DNA of 64,000 nt from Kudoa neothunni. Taxonomy: Eukaryota; Animalia; Cnidaria. Position 1 is the stretch's first letter. Every line of letters starts with the position of its first letter. Under the pieces are notes generated by a model. That model saw only the letters and a program-made list of their open reading frames with translations. It was not told the origin of the DNA and ran no database searches. Below, piece after piece: positions 1 to 15,400 of the stretch. The stretch spans positions 8,005,744 through 8,069,743 of the forward strand of contig OZ199840.1 of NCBI GenBank assembly GCA_964304625.1, in the 5' to 3' direction. The position numbers and the translations under genes are program-made.

Positions 1-1401
1 CAATAATTATATCGAAACGAGGCTCTTTACTAGATAAGGATATGCATAAATCATAAGTTACAAATGAACTAGATATTAAATGCAAAACCTCCGATGTAAC
101 TAATCGCGTTTGCACGGAATATTGAATTTTTTGTTTTAGTTATAAACTTAAAAATTAAATAATAAATAAATATGTTAATCAATCTCGAATTTAAATTTTA
201 AGTTTATATAGTTTTCGGTGCAAGTTGATTAAAAATTGGAATATGAAAATTTAAAATAATTCAATAATTAAATCCCAAAAACATAATTTTGACTCAAATT
301 AAATATAATTCTTACTTACCTTTAGTATGAAAACATATATATTACGATTTTTACGAATTCAATCAATTTTGAAACATTTTAGAGTTTGTTAAAATTGTCC
401 ATTTAGAAATAAATATGTTAAAACTTTTATTTTTGATTATAAAAATTTATGAACAAATAAAAAAATATCATTTTTTTTGTATATAATTTTAAATAGAAAA
501 TAGTAGATTGAAAACCTAAATTAATCGCTAGTAAAATTAATCCAATGACAACCGTTTACTTGACTTATTCCAGCTTCAATTGAGCACGAATCGCACATGA
601 TATCTTTTCGAGCGAGATTCCAATTCCTATTGCGTAAAATCTGTACGTTATGTACGAAGCATGCCTGACTGCAAAATTTTTTCGTTTAATCAAGGAATGA
701 TTCTATGACCCCCATTAGCTATCTGCCGAACCCCCGATCAAAATGCCCCGATTATATGCAAAATTGAGTTTTTGGAATTTATTATGGCTCATTATTTTTA
801 GCCTTTACAACAATTTAAAAGGCTAAATTAATTAATTATTTTTGAAACTATACACAAAGGATTAAATACAAAGGAGCTGATAACCACTTCCTGTTAAAAA
901 ATAGGCGATTCAAAGTTGTGGGAATTGATTTTAAATAAATATTAAAAAATTCGGCCTACAGCTATTAGCTATTGTAGAAAACGATGGATGTTAAAATAAA
1001 ATATAAAAAGTTTTTTTTGTAGATAGATAATAATTAAAAATAATCATAATATTTTACAAACTAATTTTCATTCAAATAACATATAATGATAGACACGTAT
1101 TTGTACAAGTTTTACATGTGCTGGGTTATACAAATAGACAATAAAATATCAAGCCATTTTCTGATTGATAAGTTGGAAAAAACTCGCGCTCGAAAACAAT
1201 AATGTTAATCGATTAAAAGTTATAAATAGGAACTAATGTATCAAACAGCGGGGTGAGGAATTTGGTTTTGAGTTTAATCGTCAGGGGCACAGATGGGCAC
1301 GGTAGTTGTATTGCATTCTTCCTCATCATCGTCATCTTCCTCAGTTTCCGCGCTATTACATTGGATCTTCTACAAAATGGTGAATCCAAAAAGTAACCCA
1401 T

Positions 1402-2304
1402 CTAATTTAGTACCTCTTCCATATCAGTTGTATTAAGGGAGATATTAATTTTTTTGAGTTTATTCCGTCTATTTTGAAACCAAATTTTCACTTGTTTCTC
1501 GGAAATTTTAAGTTGTTTTGCTAGACTCGCCCTCTCATCCAGAGTGATGTATTCGTTCCGATTGAACACTGATTCCAATAGTTCGGTTTGTTGTTTTGTA
1601 AAGATAGTACGTTGTTTTCGCTTCTTTTTGAAGATGGCGTTGTTTCTCAACTCCTCACTAAATCTATAACTTTCTAACAATTTGAGATAGCTCTCTTCAC
1701 TCAATACCACTTTCTTGGGTGTTTCAGCTAGCAGTCAAACATAGTTGATAGTTAAGATGGAAATAATTTAGTTACTAAGGCTGTCTTTTATTTCATAGTT
1801 GGGAGCGTTTTTGATTGTGACCATCGACAAGGAATGATCTGTGGGAGATTCGGTAGCTGTGGTGGATGATGAGTAGGTTAGCGGCACCGGATTACTTTTT
1901 ATGTATTCGTAGTAACTGCAGGGATGTACACCATTAGAATAATAGGAATATATATTTTGTGGGTAGATTTGTTTGTTGTGGCTCCAATGATAAAACCTAC
2001 CGCTGTTGTACGGCGGTCGTTGATAGCGTGGGTCAAATGAGTGAGTATGAGTTTTGATGTATGCTGTCTCATGATTGGTAGGGATCGGATGTGGATGTGT
2101 TGGTTTATAATGGGAGCGATCACTATACGATTGACATTGATAGGAATTTGAATTGTAATTGTTTGGCTTGGGCGTTCCTAAATGGTCTCGATGTGAGAAT
2201 GGAGATTTATTGTGGTTGGTGGAGGTGGACTCCGATTCTTTTTTTCCAGTGTTATCCAATAATGAATCGATGAGAAATGATGTTGTTGAGTTGGTTTCTG
2301 ACAT
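1402..2304 (-). CDS. ANTP-class (NK-like, possibly Hmx/NK5-related) homeobox transcription factor, 2 exons (2304-1776, 1727-1402)
   Basis: Homeodomain KRKQRTIFTKQQTELLESVFNRNEYITLDERASLAKQLKISEKQVKIWFQNRRNKLKK; N-terminal eh1/TN-like motif SFLIDSLL; a 48-bp GT-AG intron (1775-1728) joins the two ORFs in frame (KDSL-T-ETPKKVVL). Confidence 0.9.
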
Positions 2305-5247
2305 ATTAGTCCAAATTACCCAATAGGTCCAAACTGGAGTCCGACGATAGTATTAAACAAAAAAATGTCTCGCGAGGCTTTAATTTGGGTTGTTGTGATT
2401 TTTGATTAATAACAATTTTTGTTTGGGATCTAAAATAGACTCCTTTATAGCCTACTAAAGGTGGGGACTACTCTCCAAGCAATTTCATCCATCCTATGCA
2501 AAATAGTTGGACGATAGTATTAGTTTATTAATTTCCCATGAAACTAATTTCCATTTATTAGTATTCCTATTCCAATAAATAATCGGCCGTAAGGGGATTC
2601 AACGTAAACACTATCCAATTATAATTAGTGCAATGGCTCATACGAACAAGCTCCCTAGAGACAAAAACTATTGTAGTGAGTTAAACAACGAACTCCTAAT
2701 TTGAATCATAATTAGATTGAAATAATAGCCAAGTGGAGTCATTACAATTTTAAGTTATAACTTGATATCAATCGGTCAGTGTAGTCGTAGATTGTATCTT
2801 TTATTTATTGGTAGTATTCCCTTGAATGATAATTGAAATGTTTACCAATTAAAACGATATGCCTTTTTTTTGAAATCATACACAACATCATGCTAACAAT
2901 GTTGGAGCGCCTCAAAAATATATTCTTCCCATTTTAGCTGATCACAATTTTATTTGAATTGATATAAAGTGTAATCTACACATAATATTTTTTTCAGAGT
3001 CAATTGATAATAAAACATGATCAGCGTTTGGAGTTGTTTGTTGCAATCAGGTAGGTGTATCGAGAAATTAGAAAACAATGTTAAAAATTACAATTTCTAT
3101 GACATTGTATTATCAAAAAATTATATTAAAACTATAATTTCGATTACAAACAATATAATATTGGAACATAGCAAAATTTATTAATCCAAAATGGTTTTTG
3201 TATCCACGGGTATAATTTATAAATATTTATAGAAAACCATGAATACATCGGAAAATTCATCTAGGACATACCAAGATCATTATTAAATTGCCTAAAAAAT
3301 TGAAAAGCTTTCTATACTTGTATTATCGTAGCTAACTAAATTGTAAATTTTTGTATGTCAGCATCCAACACTGATTTTGAGGATATAGCAGAGAATCTGT
3401 ATGTATATGACTGATCTTTATCTATACCTTAATCGTAAAATATAATCAAACAAATCATGTATATAAAATTAGAACTAATGATCTTGCCGTTCAAAAAGTT
3501 AACCCGCCATACGTAGAAACTTTCTTTTACTGACAAGATCTCCAAAAAATTAAAGTAACCTTATAGTTATATAACAAAATTAAATTTTTTCTCAAACCGC
3601 TTCAAATGGAAATTAGTGACTTTCCAGAGACTATAGTTCAAATATCATTAAACAGCGCTCTAATATATGAACTGTTAATTGTTCTTGTTGTTATAAGCTT
3701 AAGGATTTATGTTTTTTACCCCGATAAAATTATCAAAATAACGTTGTGTCGTTTCAGAAATGTTCACATTGAGACTTATTCATGACAAACCGAGTTATAT
3801 TACATTTGAAATCACCAGGAACTTATTGAAATACATTAAATATTTTTTTATAGAAGAATACAACAACTTATAAAGATATTTTTAACAAATTATACAAATT
3901 TGACCGTTCTAACGAACCTTATTATTCTACGAAATCGCGTTTTAAATTTCATTATTTATTACGCTTGAAGCTCAACTATAAGTTCAAAAATAATTTAATA
4001 TCTGAAAATATATATTAGTAAACTTTATGCACAACTCATAAACAGGGGTTCTTTGATTTCAATATCATACGCGCAGGCGTACAAACTTTTTGAGTATTGA
4101 ATTGAATGACTATTGGTACAGTAAATAATATTCGGATTACATTAATTTGACTATATTTAATTATTAACAACCCACCGCGTTTCTCCTAGAGATCCAATAT
4201 AATTCAATATCGCAGGTTTTAAAAAATTCAACCTGTATACAATTTTGTGAGTGAGAATTGCTCAAATTAAAAATCCCCATTGCGCCAGCGTAAATGTCGT
4301 TAAAATTAAAAGAAACCATCAATAGTCTCTGCTGATTTTTAATGCGTATATTTTTGAATCCGAGTAAAAGTCAATAAATTTATTGAGACTTTTCTGTATT
4401 CGATTTAATTAAAAAACGCAATCACAAAAATAATTAGAACCTGCATGAGTCTACCAATTTTAGCCGAGAAATTAGGAGTATTTTTTTTATCCAAAGAACT
4501 GCCTTCTCTATATTATTATTTATTGCATTCAAAATACCAATAACACTCAATTATAAATAAAATTCAATTTATACCAATTTTGTTAGAAATACTAATTAAA
4601 AAAAGCATACTTTAACTCTCTAATTAGACCATAAATTTTATATTGAATAATTATTAACGCCGTAAAACAATTATAAACCAGTTCATGCCAATTATTGGAT
4701 AGTTTTAACAATATTTAATCTCAACAATTCCTGTTATAAGTGATATGCTAATATACGCAGTTAATTTAAATATAAAACTGTTATGTTTAATTATCTCTGG
4801 CTCCTTATAGCATAATTCTGATCTAGAAATAATTAAATGGAATCAAAACAAACCTTAATTGAATATTTTGGTTTGTAAGAAAAACCATTTCCTTAGAGAA
4901 TATTATTCTTAATAAACTTGGAAATTTAATTCATAGAAATTGATCACATCTTAGCTACCTTTATGAAGGTTATTGCAACGCATTGTAATGTAAACCATGG
5001 TGCTGAATTACCTACACTGAGGAAAGCTATAGCCAGATTATAATTTGAATGTAAATTAATCCGTGTACATAGTGGACTGAATGATCTATTATCATATCAT
5101 TGTTTTGTAGCTTATGAATTAAAAGCAAACGGATTAAGTAAATTAAAAAATGCGATAAAATATAACCAATATATTTATTAGTTTTATTGTATTAACACAT
5201 TATAACCTGAATCGAATAATTCCGCCTATTACCACAAACATTATTAA

Positions 5248-8161
5248 CTCTTCAGAGCACGCGTGGGCCCAATGGACCCCACTTGGGTTTAATTTAGCCT
5301 AAACACTCAACTGGGGTCATCTTTTGCTTAAAAAACTTTCATTCGCCTATTTTGTCTATTCAACTGTTTTTCGATAATATAAAAATTGTAAAAAAATTTA
5401 TAGCCGTGAAAACGGCAGATCTAATATCAAATGTGCCAGACATGAAATGAAATCTTATGGCGGCAACATTTGTTATGAATATTTATCGGTGGAAAAAAGT
5501 GATGAATCCAGTCCCGAATATTATGAAAATAATAATTAAGATGATTCAATATGAGAAATTTTGAAGTTCGTCGATGAGAGGCTTTGTGGTAAAAATTCCG
5601 AATTGACTGTTTACCCTGTAAAATCATTTCCTAAAAAGAGGAAACACAAAATCGATATTTTTGATAATGATGCCAAAGAAAATGACACTTGAGGTTGATT
5701 TTTCATGGATAAAATTTTAAAAAGTATCCATGTCTGCGTGAAAATTATACCAGATTTTTAATAATGGCGCGCTGTCGTATTTTGAATTTAACAATTACAT
5801 TTGCTTTCAAATATTAATGATGACCGGAAATATTTAGAAAAGTTTAATATTAAAAGCACAAATTAGCAAATATAAAATAAATTACAATACTTCGACAATA
5901 TACAAATTTTTTAAATAGTCAATTATTTTATCACTCTTTTCGAACCATGTCTTGTTCTACGGACGAATAAGTTAAATTTTCTAACATAGATAGATCACGA
6001 GAAAAAATATTTGTTCTTAATTTATTTAAACGCTCATTAACTTAATTGACAGAACAAATAATCGTTTTTTCATCATTTTCATCAGTTAACAATTCAATCA
6101 TTGCTTCGACTTCATTATTTATTGAGTTAACACAATCTTCAGATTGATTTTCTGGAGAATTACTTCCAGTCGAAAGGATAGTACCCTCTAATCCATAGTT
6201 ATTAAAAAAATATTTTTTTTAAGAAGATTTTGATTGTTTCTTCACTCATTTATTTCCACACTTCTTTCATCATGTACATATCTCCAAGTAATTCTGAGGT
6301 GTCGTTAATTAAATAATCATCAAAAACATTAACGGAATTAACAGCCAATTTATTTATATAATAATTCGTCGGGAGATTTTTTTAACTGAAATTAACATTG
6401 TTAATGGTTCTTTGATTTAATAATTTAATAGTTGCAGTAGGTTGGTTGATTTTTCTAATCCATTGAGAAAGTTCATGCTTTTATTTTGTCAGATATTTTG
6501 AAAAAAAAAAGTCTTAATTTAAGCTTAATAGGGAAGCACCAAGGTCTTTCATGATTGTGAATGATTAATGAGAGTCTTTTTTTTGGCATCGAATAGATCG
6601 CAGAAATTGTTATTCTCTCTTTGGATTTTTTAGAACCGCTCAAATTTTTCTCCATTTTAAATCCCTAACCATACATTGAATTTCACATAGAGATGTAAAT
6701 TTAAAAGTTATTTTATCTGTTCTTTTCTAGTAAAATAGTCCAATTTCACCAAATCAAAAGTATCTTTCTTTTCGATCAACTTTAACAGTTGATAGCTCCA
6801 AAAAGTAACTATTTCAAGAACAACACTCTTAGATTCATCTATGAATTTGTTATTTTCAATCCAAATCATTAATAAAATCCTTGAAACCAACTTCCACCAA
6901 CCTTAAAAATAGTGTTTTTAATCTCATATGAATAATGAATAATCGTGGGTTTTTTTAATTATATCGTCCTGAGAAGGTTCGATATTACGTGACCTCATTA
7001 GCTCAATCCACTCATAAACCAAAGAATCTAAAATGTTGAACTTATCTTTTCTTAATGTTTCCCTGTTGTGTTCTAGTCGTCCAGTGTTACAATCTTTCAG
7101 AATATTGTTCTTTTTTAATAGTATGCATTTTAAGGAGGATATTGATTCTATTCAAATTTCTCAAGAGTTTTGGCTATTGAACCACGTAATTTTTCAAATT
7201 CATCATAATATTTTATTAATTTAACTTAACCATCTAAATATCGATATTTTCTAGGATTTCTCAACTGCATACTAACCACATCGTTGGATTTAATTGGGGG
7301 ATTTATAGTGCGGAGTGAGCATGCAGCCGAATTTTCTCTCACTCTAGGTCATATTTATAATAATAATAATAATAATGATTTAGCTTGATTAAACATTTTT
7401 AAGTGTATATTATAATAAATAACAAAATTAGGTATTCTTATTTGGAAACATTGCCATAATATCATAAAGTGCGTGGTATCCCTGCACTGTTGTAATTAGC
7501 TCAACAAATAATTTATTAAAATAACTTTAAATTTTAAATTCCGTTAGTTTGTTAAGTTCATTATATCATATGCCAATAATAAATTTACAACATAAAAAAA
7601 TTCGGGAATTCATTCATTCTACAAAGACAAAGGGAGGAGTAGACGCAATTTATAAAATATTTGTTAATTATTTAACCTATGGAACAACGAGGAGATGGTC
7701 ACCGGTTATGCTCCACACTTTGTTATATATATATATATATATAATGTCAATAAATTCACATATATTATACTGTACGAAGAAAAGATTTCTCGAAATTGTT
7801 GTTTATGGAACTTGAAGAAGAGTAATTCAATGAAACAGTTAACAAAATCATACATTAATTTAAAGATTTTATATAAGCGATGAATATAAATCAAGTGTAA
7901 TACTCTAACGTTATTTCCAAAAAACGATGTTATCTGTGTTTGTCAAAATGCTAGAAAAACGATAACTACGTTATTTAACTGTTTAAATTCATTTTATAAA
8001 TAACTTTCCAACAGTACACGAAATAATTGTTTTCAAAATTAATTATTTACAATAGTAAAATTACAAATTAAACCAATTTTACCGCCAAATATCCAGTATC
8101 CAATATCCAATGGATCCCAGGCGTGCGTTCGAGCAAAGTTTTTTGTTCGTTCCCCCGAGGA
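5248..8161 (+). mobile_element. Decayed piggyBac element with a pogo/Tigger copy nested inside
   Basis: TTAA at both ends; subterminal inverted match gcacgcgtgggcccaat (~5257) vs atggatcccaggcgtgc (~8110); transposase C-terminal remnant TKGGVDAIYKIFVNYLTYGTTRRWSP (7549-7815) resembling the piggyBac KGGVD...TRRWP motif. Confidence 0.6.
5850..7492 (-). mobile_element. Decayed pogo/Tigger-type transposon (left boundary approximate)
   Basis: Remnants GSKKSKERITISAIYSMPKKRLSL and a DETGL-like segment; 6570-7490 is an inverted homologue of 49077-50030. Confidence 0.65.
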
Positions 8162-8971
8162 TTAATTAACTATCAACAAATAACTGTATTATTTCAATTT
8201 TGACTACATAAATAAGCGTTTGCTCAATTAAAATGAAATCCAATAAAAGATAATTTCACAATAATCTGAGGGATTATCATGCTTGTGCCAATATTACACA
8301 AGGAGGAACAATGATAACAACACTATTGTTCCAATCAAAATCTTTGTCTTAACATCATGTTTGTTTCTAAATAATTGAACAATAATGTGTATTCAAACAC
8401 ACACAATATACAAATGAATTAGATTTTATTTTTCGGGTTGATTCGGTAAACGGACCCAATTATTGAAACACTCTATACAATGCGTTTCCGACTTTTTTAT
8501 TTGGTCAATTACACCTATAGTCAAATAGGCAAAAATATACAATATGACTGTTGCATGCATACATACATACATACATACTTACAATCATATTGATGTATTG
8601 ACGTCGAATAATTATGTGTATGATCTGATTATAATTATACGCCCGCCAATATCTATCCAAGTCCGTCGATAATCCTTTAAGAATGGAAAGCGTATCAACT
8701 TTGAAATCAATCACCTTAACACTGTGATAGTTGACGGATTTGCCCTAGAAATTAAGCTCAAGTCTTACAAAATATTAGCTGCGTGTATTATTAATGGCGG
8801 AAACATATTTTCTAGAATTAGATTAAATATTTGCCTAATGTCACATCCACTTACACCCAATCATATCCAATTATATATAATACACTAAAAACATTATAGC
8901 GGTAGGTATTATCCTGATCATACAGAGAATTGAGCTTATAGATCAGCATTTTGTGCGCATGCCATTGTTGA

Positions 8972-11900
8972 ATGAAAAGGTGGCTGGGCTTTTTCCACAG
9001 TTGGTTGCTACCTATTTTACTGCTTGTTACATGCTTTGGAGATTTTGATACTATCCTATCAATATCCTCATCCCAAAGTGATTACCATCGGTTGAGAATG
9101 AAATCCAAAAATCAACTCATCACCAAAAGTTCATTCAATAACGATAGAGAGTAAGCCTCCATTTCTAATCTTATCAGCCTAATACCAATATACTGTTTAT
9201 ATCAAATATATCACAATTGTACGAAAATAATGTGTTGTTTAATGTGATGATAGGCCGTTGATATATGTGTCCACATTTGATGGTAAACTTTTCGCAATAT
9301 CCTACCAAACTGGAGAAGTGGTATGGAAGGTGACAAACAAATTTAAAATGTTTGTCGAAGCGGAATACTTTCAGAGCAATTTTAATGAGGATATCTATTT
9401 CACTAACAATGAGCGGATGGATAACGGCAATCCCGATAAGAATGTTTCATCCTCAAAATTTCGAGGCAACCACACTGTCGAAAATGAGTACATTGTACCT
9501 TCGATTGATGGCACATTGTATCAATTTAAGAACAATCAATATAGAGTAATATATATATATATATGTAGTTCACACATATGTGTATGTATTGATATTAGAT
9601 TGTGACTGATGCGAAAAAAAATTTTTTGGATGACTCCACTTCGACATCCTCCACCTCGAATTACATCAGGTCGACCGCTACATTGAAGCTTATTGGTGTG
9701 GAGCCATGGAGTGGTGAGGTAATTGAGTTTGTTATTGTTGGAATTTTAAACAATGCAGCAATTAACAATTATTTTCTTTGTTTTTAATTTTTAAATTATA
9801 AACAATTTGGCAATGAACAATTCCTACTAATTTCGCTTTTGTTATAAGCGGCTTAAACTTAATACGTTTGTGTGTCACAAATAAACTATTGTTGTTAGAC
9901 TATGCGAAGCTGCGCGTGCATTATCTATATTTTTAAACTATTATCGTTTGAAAAAAACAACTACTAAGTTTGTCCATATAATTGTTTGTACTTAAGCGAG
10001 GAGTATTTCAGGGTTGTTGATCTACTTTATATTTTCGGAATAAGAATGACAGAATCGTTATAGATGTTCGCGCCTGCGTAAACGTATAAATGAATTTTAT
10101 TGATATAAAGTTGCTTTAAAATAAATCAAATGTCTATTCCAATTATCCACAACTAATAAAAATGTCTAATAGTGATGTTCTATAAGTTGTTGAAGCATAA
10201 GTATTATTTCGCGCATGTGAACATTTGCGTACTTATTTTCTAACGAAAATATGTATATTTTTATATATATTGAAACTTCGATTATCCGGAAAATTTGGGA
10301 CCGGTGATTCTCCGTCCGGTTAATCGAACATAAACAATTTCTTGTGTGCGCGCTGTTTTTTGACATTTCCACTTAACAGATTGTTTGCTTGATTTATGAG
10401 CGGTTTTTACTATTTATTAAGTGAAGTAATTTAATCTCTAAAATCTAAATTAAAAATATTGGCGTATCTATTAACTAAGCTAAGGATTGGGAGACTTAAA
10501 CGAAAAAACAGTGTATAATTATGGGAGGAAAACGTCTAAAATGGAGTAATGTATTTTTTTACATAATCTGTAATTCACGTTTGTTTAACTTCACCAACAG
10601 AATTTTGTTCAATTCTTCTTTTAAGGCGCGTAAGTGATGTTAATTAATAGATCGTCTTTTAATTTTACCTCTCCAATCGGACCAGGAATATTTGGCTGTT
10701 CAATGCATTTAATGACAGTTGAGGTAACAATCATCGCATCTTGATCCCGAATGACCATAATTTCATGTTCAGAATCACTTTCGTCAAGAGTTTCCTGAAT
10801 ATCGTTATCATTGATATACTCCCCAGTTTCATGTTCAGAATCACAATTCGCATATTCTGACGCATTTCAATAACAACATCCAAGGATTATTTTTAAAAGT
10901 TCCTCTAATGACTTATCATCACAGTCTTTTTCAGAAGAAATAAGGATTTCATCAAAAAGTATGCCGGTGTAATTCCAACGATTTTGATTTTGGATGATAC
11001 TTTGTGTAATATTGTCACATGATTCATACGGCATCCTTCACATCAATATTCAAGATGAGGAGTATCACCAGATTCTAAATGATCCCGTAATTTCGAAGTT
11101 ACGAGTTTTCTATAATTTGAATTGGATGATCTGATTATGCCCACATCAAGAGGATGTTAGGATTGGAGAAATCATTAGTATCCGGATATTTGAGGATTCA
11201 CCTTGTTTGTGGATAGTCACATTATCAAGTAGCTGTAGAATATATATATTTTCTGCTTTCATTATTGGATTGAAATTTTATTGGACGTATACGTCAGGTA
11301 ATGTGACAATGGGTCAAAATTATTGATACAGCTGGATCTGGGATTAATAAGCTTACCAATAATCAATGACTTCAACTTATGAGTTTCCAATGCGTTGACG
11401 CAAAATAAAATTGAAATCCTTTCCTTTGAATTCTTCGTCCCTGACCGACGAAAATTAGACTACCTCTTATTTGGGCCAAGGCGATAAAATAAGCCAGTCT
11501 CATCGGCATTATTAATTTCCCGCAAAGAATAATTTCGCAAGGCGATTTTAAGTTTGTTAATAGATTTTTGAATATCCTCAATAGCTAGCTACTGAGTCTG
11601 ATTCGCCATGTGAAGTTTTTGACTTTATTTGATACCGCTTTTTGAATTTTTCAAACAATCCCGATGAGAAGGAGAAACCCTCTTCTCCAAGTTTATTCGC
11701 GAATTCTTTGGTCTTTTCGGTAATTATTGAGCCGTTATACACACGTTATATGCATTAATTTGGGCTATCCACGTATATGGAGCTTTCTCCAAGTTATCTT
11801 GTTTTCTCACCTTGAATGTCAATCTGTTTGAGTTTTCAGAAACAATCTATTTTTCGGAATCCCGCATTATATTTCCAAAAGTGCTAGTCGCTAGTATAGG

Positions 11901-12378
11901 TCCCCTCTCCTTAAAAAAAAAACATTTGACAAATCTAATAGAGTCATCATGGAGTTTCTTATCTTTAATTTATGGATAAAAGCTTTTTCGCGAGGTTTGA
12001 GAACAACTCTGGAGCGTTTCTTAGGGTACATAATCAGATGGATGATACTATACCTATAATTGCGCGTTGTGAAATGTTTGCTTAATATGCATGCATGCAT
12101 GCATTTGTTCAAATATTAAACAGATTTATATATGAACTCAATGTATAACTTATGGTTTAAAAGAATAATCTAGAAATATTTTTGTTTTAAATATTGCATT
12201 CGAATATATGCTACATTGTATATGTCGTACGGTGATGGGTACTATTTTTATCCGGAAATGTGATTAAATAGTTCTTCTAGTTTCCGAATAATCAAACACT
12301 TATCGACATGTAATGTCAATAAAATCTAAATTAAATTTAAAATTTCTTACGGATAATCGAGGTTTGACTGTATATAAT

Positions 12379-12415
<37 letters not shown>

Positions 12416-15400
12416 ATTTCACATATGTCAATATTCCCAAAATTATAAAATTAAAATGATAAATAGACCATATACGAATGCAATGGTGCCGAATGCAGTT
12501 ATCCGCAATTCAAAGATGCGGTCTCTTCTAAAAAACACCACCACCATCATATGACGGCTAATACAAAATCAACCCTCAAAGCGCAACATCTGCTTGTGAT
12601 AGAGTCTCAAATGTATCATCGTTTCAACACCAACTTAAAATATGGCTACGTCAATTGGAACATGTCGCACAACAATATCAAACTTCGTTACATCGATAGA
12701 GGCAACAGGTTAATCCACATTTCTGTCGGACATACCTCCAACCAATAACAACCAATTTTAGATTAGATTCTTATGATGACATCGTCAAAGTTTCAACTGA
12801 TGGTGATGATACTTCGGATGGCGGTGACAATGCATTTATTGAATTCAATGCCAATTCGCATGACGAAACAACTAATCAAAAGCAAACCGATGGCAGCGCG
12901 GTTATCGAACGAGAATTCCAATCACATAACAATCACACAAGCAATGTGATCAAATACATACGTTATAACGCACTTCACGATATTTTGGAGAACACCCAAG
13001 CCAACTGGAAACTCCATATGAATTCGCCTATTGTTGGATTGTGGTCGTTGTCCAAATCAAATGGACTTACCGAGCATAATTTACGCAATATTATTCAAAT
13101 CCCGTATATAAATGATGTAATGCAGGGATTTAACACAAACAGTCAACCTTATTGTGATCACTCGTTGTTGTTGTTCTTCTTCAAAGGTCAACCTTATTTT
13201 TTACCCATCCTTCGTGACCACGAGGAGCATAACAACAATCACACACCACCTAAACCATATTGTGCTTCCATCTACAGCATAAAAGAATATGTCATAGATG
13301 ATTTACAGAAAATCGGTAACGGTGCTCCTTCGTCCTATGATATCAAAGCGCTTGGGTTGTTTGATGCGTTTGGGCCAATTGAAAAGGTTACTTTGGAATC
13401 CGAGCCCAACTACCATGTCTATGACAAAGAACACTATTTCTACAAACTCAAGTCTCACGGCTCGTTTAAACAAATTGATAATGACAACAACAGCAGTAGT
13501 CATGGTAACAATGATGGGAATGCCAACAACCTACAACTTCTACCCACCCCCTATCAACCCCCTCCACCCACCAATGTCACCTCTGATGAAGGATGGAATT
13601 ATTTTTTCAATATCACCATTCCATTCTACTGTAATCGATTCGCTTTTATGGTGAGATACATCTGTGTGATTGGTTCGTTGATCACCGCATTTTTCAACAC
13701 AATTTATTTTTTTGTGAAAATTATGTTCCACCATTTCAGCGTATGTGTTTGGATTCGATTGGTTGATTGGTATTGTATGGTGTATATTTAGAGATTACCT
13801 GAATCGTCTCCATTGACCAATCGAAAAGGTTCCACCTCCAGTGATGTGGAAGCGGACTCGATATCAGGCGATTTCGTCTATGCTGATAAATTGAAAAGTG
13901 GCATCAAAAACGATAAAACTTCGGATCCTGGTGGAGCTGCCAACGAATTGCCAAACGAATCTATCAGTAACAGCACAGTCACTCAGCCACAACCCATTCA
14001 AATATCAAGATATATGACCGACTTTAAACACATAAAAAAACTCGGAAAAGGTGGATTTGGTCATGTGTACATGGCCAAAAATCTCATCGATGAATGTGAA
14101 TACGCTATAAAACGTATCCGTATGCCCGAATGGTAATTTTTGCGTGCCATATTGTGCCATGCTCTGATATCTGATTTGATGGCTTTTAGCAGCGGCGCCA
14201 GAGTTAGAGTTATGCGAGAAGTTCAGGCGTTAGCCAAGTTAAACCATCCTGGTGTAGTCAGATTCTATAATGCTTGGTTTGAGCCTACCGTCACAGCTTT
14301 TGATGATTCAACTAAACGGCAGAAAAATATCCCTCTTTGTCCCACTCTTCACGACGATTCCGAATTGAGTTTGGGTTCCGAAGAAGATGATTGTTTTGAA
14401 CATGCGACCTCAAAAACGTCTTCTAGAGGTTTGTTTACATATTTTTTAATACTACTATTTAATATTAATAACAGTAAATTTTATTTCCAATTAATATTAA
14501 AAAAACTATTATTATCAATGCATATTATTACTTACCAGTACATTTATTGCAATTAAGCTTTAAATTTTTTTCTATTAAAAATGTATGTTGGGCTGAACGG
14601 TAGTTATGTTGTAACTTTTGTAATTGTATTATTTATAATTTAATAAAGTTGATAAATTGTCAAAAGCTTGAATTCATTATATTATTTTTGGTGTGATAAA
14701 ATATGGGATTAAACACTTTTATAATATGACTGAGACAACTTATTTTCCGCGCGTGGACAATACTGTAATGTAATTACATGTTTAATTTTTCGTATAAGAT
14801 TAATCTCCAATGTGGTTTCAACTACAATAAATTATTTTAGTTGCCTTATCTATAAGTAAACGATTAGTAACAGTGGTAGCTTCTACAAAAATAATATATT
14901 TTTAACTTATATGCAGGTATGATAAAAGAGTTTTAAATTTACTAATGCGTGTGCAAACATTGTTTAAAATATTTTGTAGGTTAATAATCGGTCTATTTGA
15001 TTGTATATTATAATTTCTAAACTAATTTCAGCTTCACCTTGATATTGTTTTATCTAAATGATAAAATTGTTACAGATTACAAAATAGGGTATTTTTAAAA
15101 TAATTACATATATATGTTGTATTTAGAGGGTGTAAATTTTCATGTGACTTAGAAGATTAATTCCTTGTTTGTGTTTGTGCTTGTGTTTTTGTAATGAATT
15201 AATTATTCCTCTGTCCTACGAGCTTAAGGACGTATCTTGTTTTATCATTTAGAAAATATTTGTATAATAAATAATTTATGTAGTTATAAATGGGCGTTAT
15301 AAAGAGATTCAAAATTATCATTAATACTTGCGCGACAAATAATTCTGTATTAAGTTTATACAATTTAAATAATCTTATGAAATCAGATCAGAGCTAAATA

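Noticed and set aside
1213-1401. 62-aa ORF abutting the homeobox stop (possible read-through)
   Set aside because: No recognisable motif; probably 3' UTR
12383-12412. (TA)n microsatellites here and at ~7725, ~9548, ~30934 and ~36756
   Set aside because: Ordinary simple repeats in AT-rich DNA
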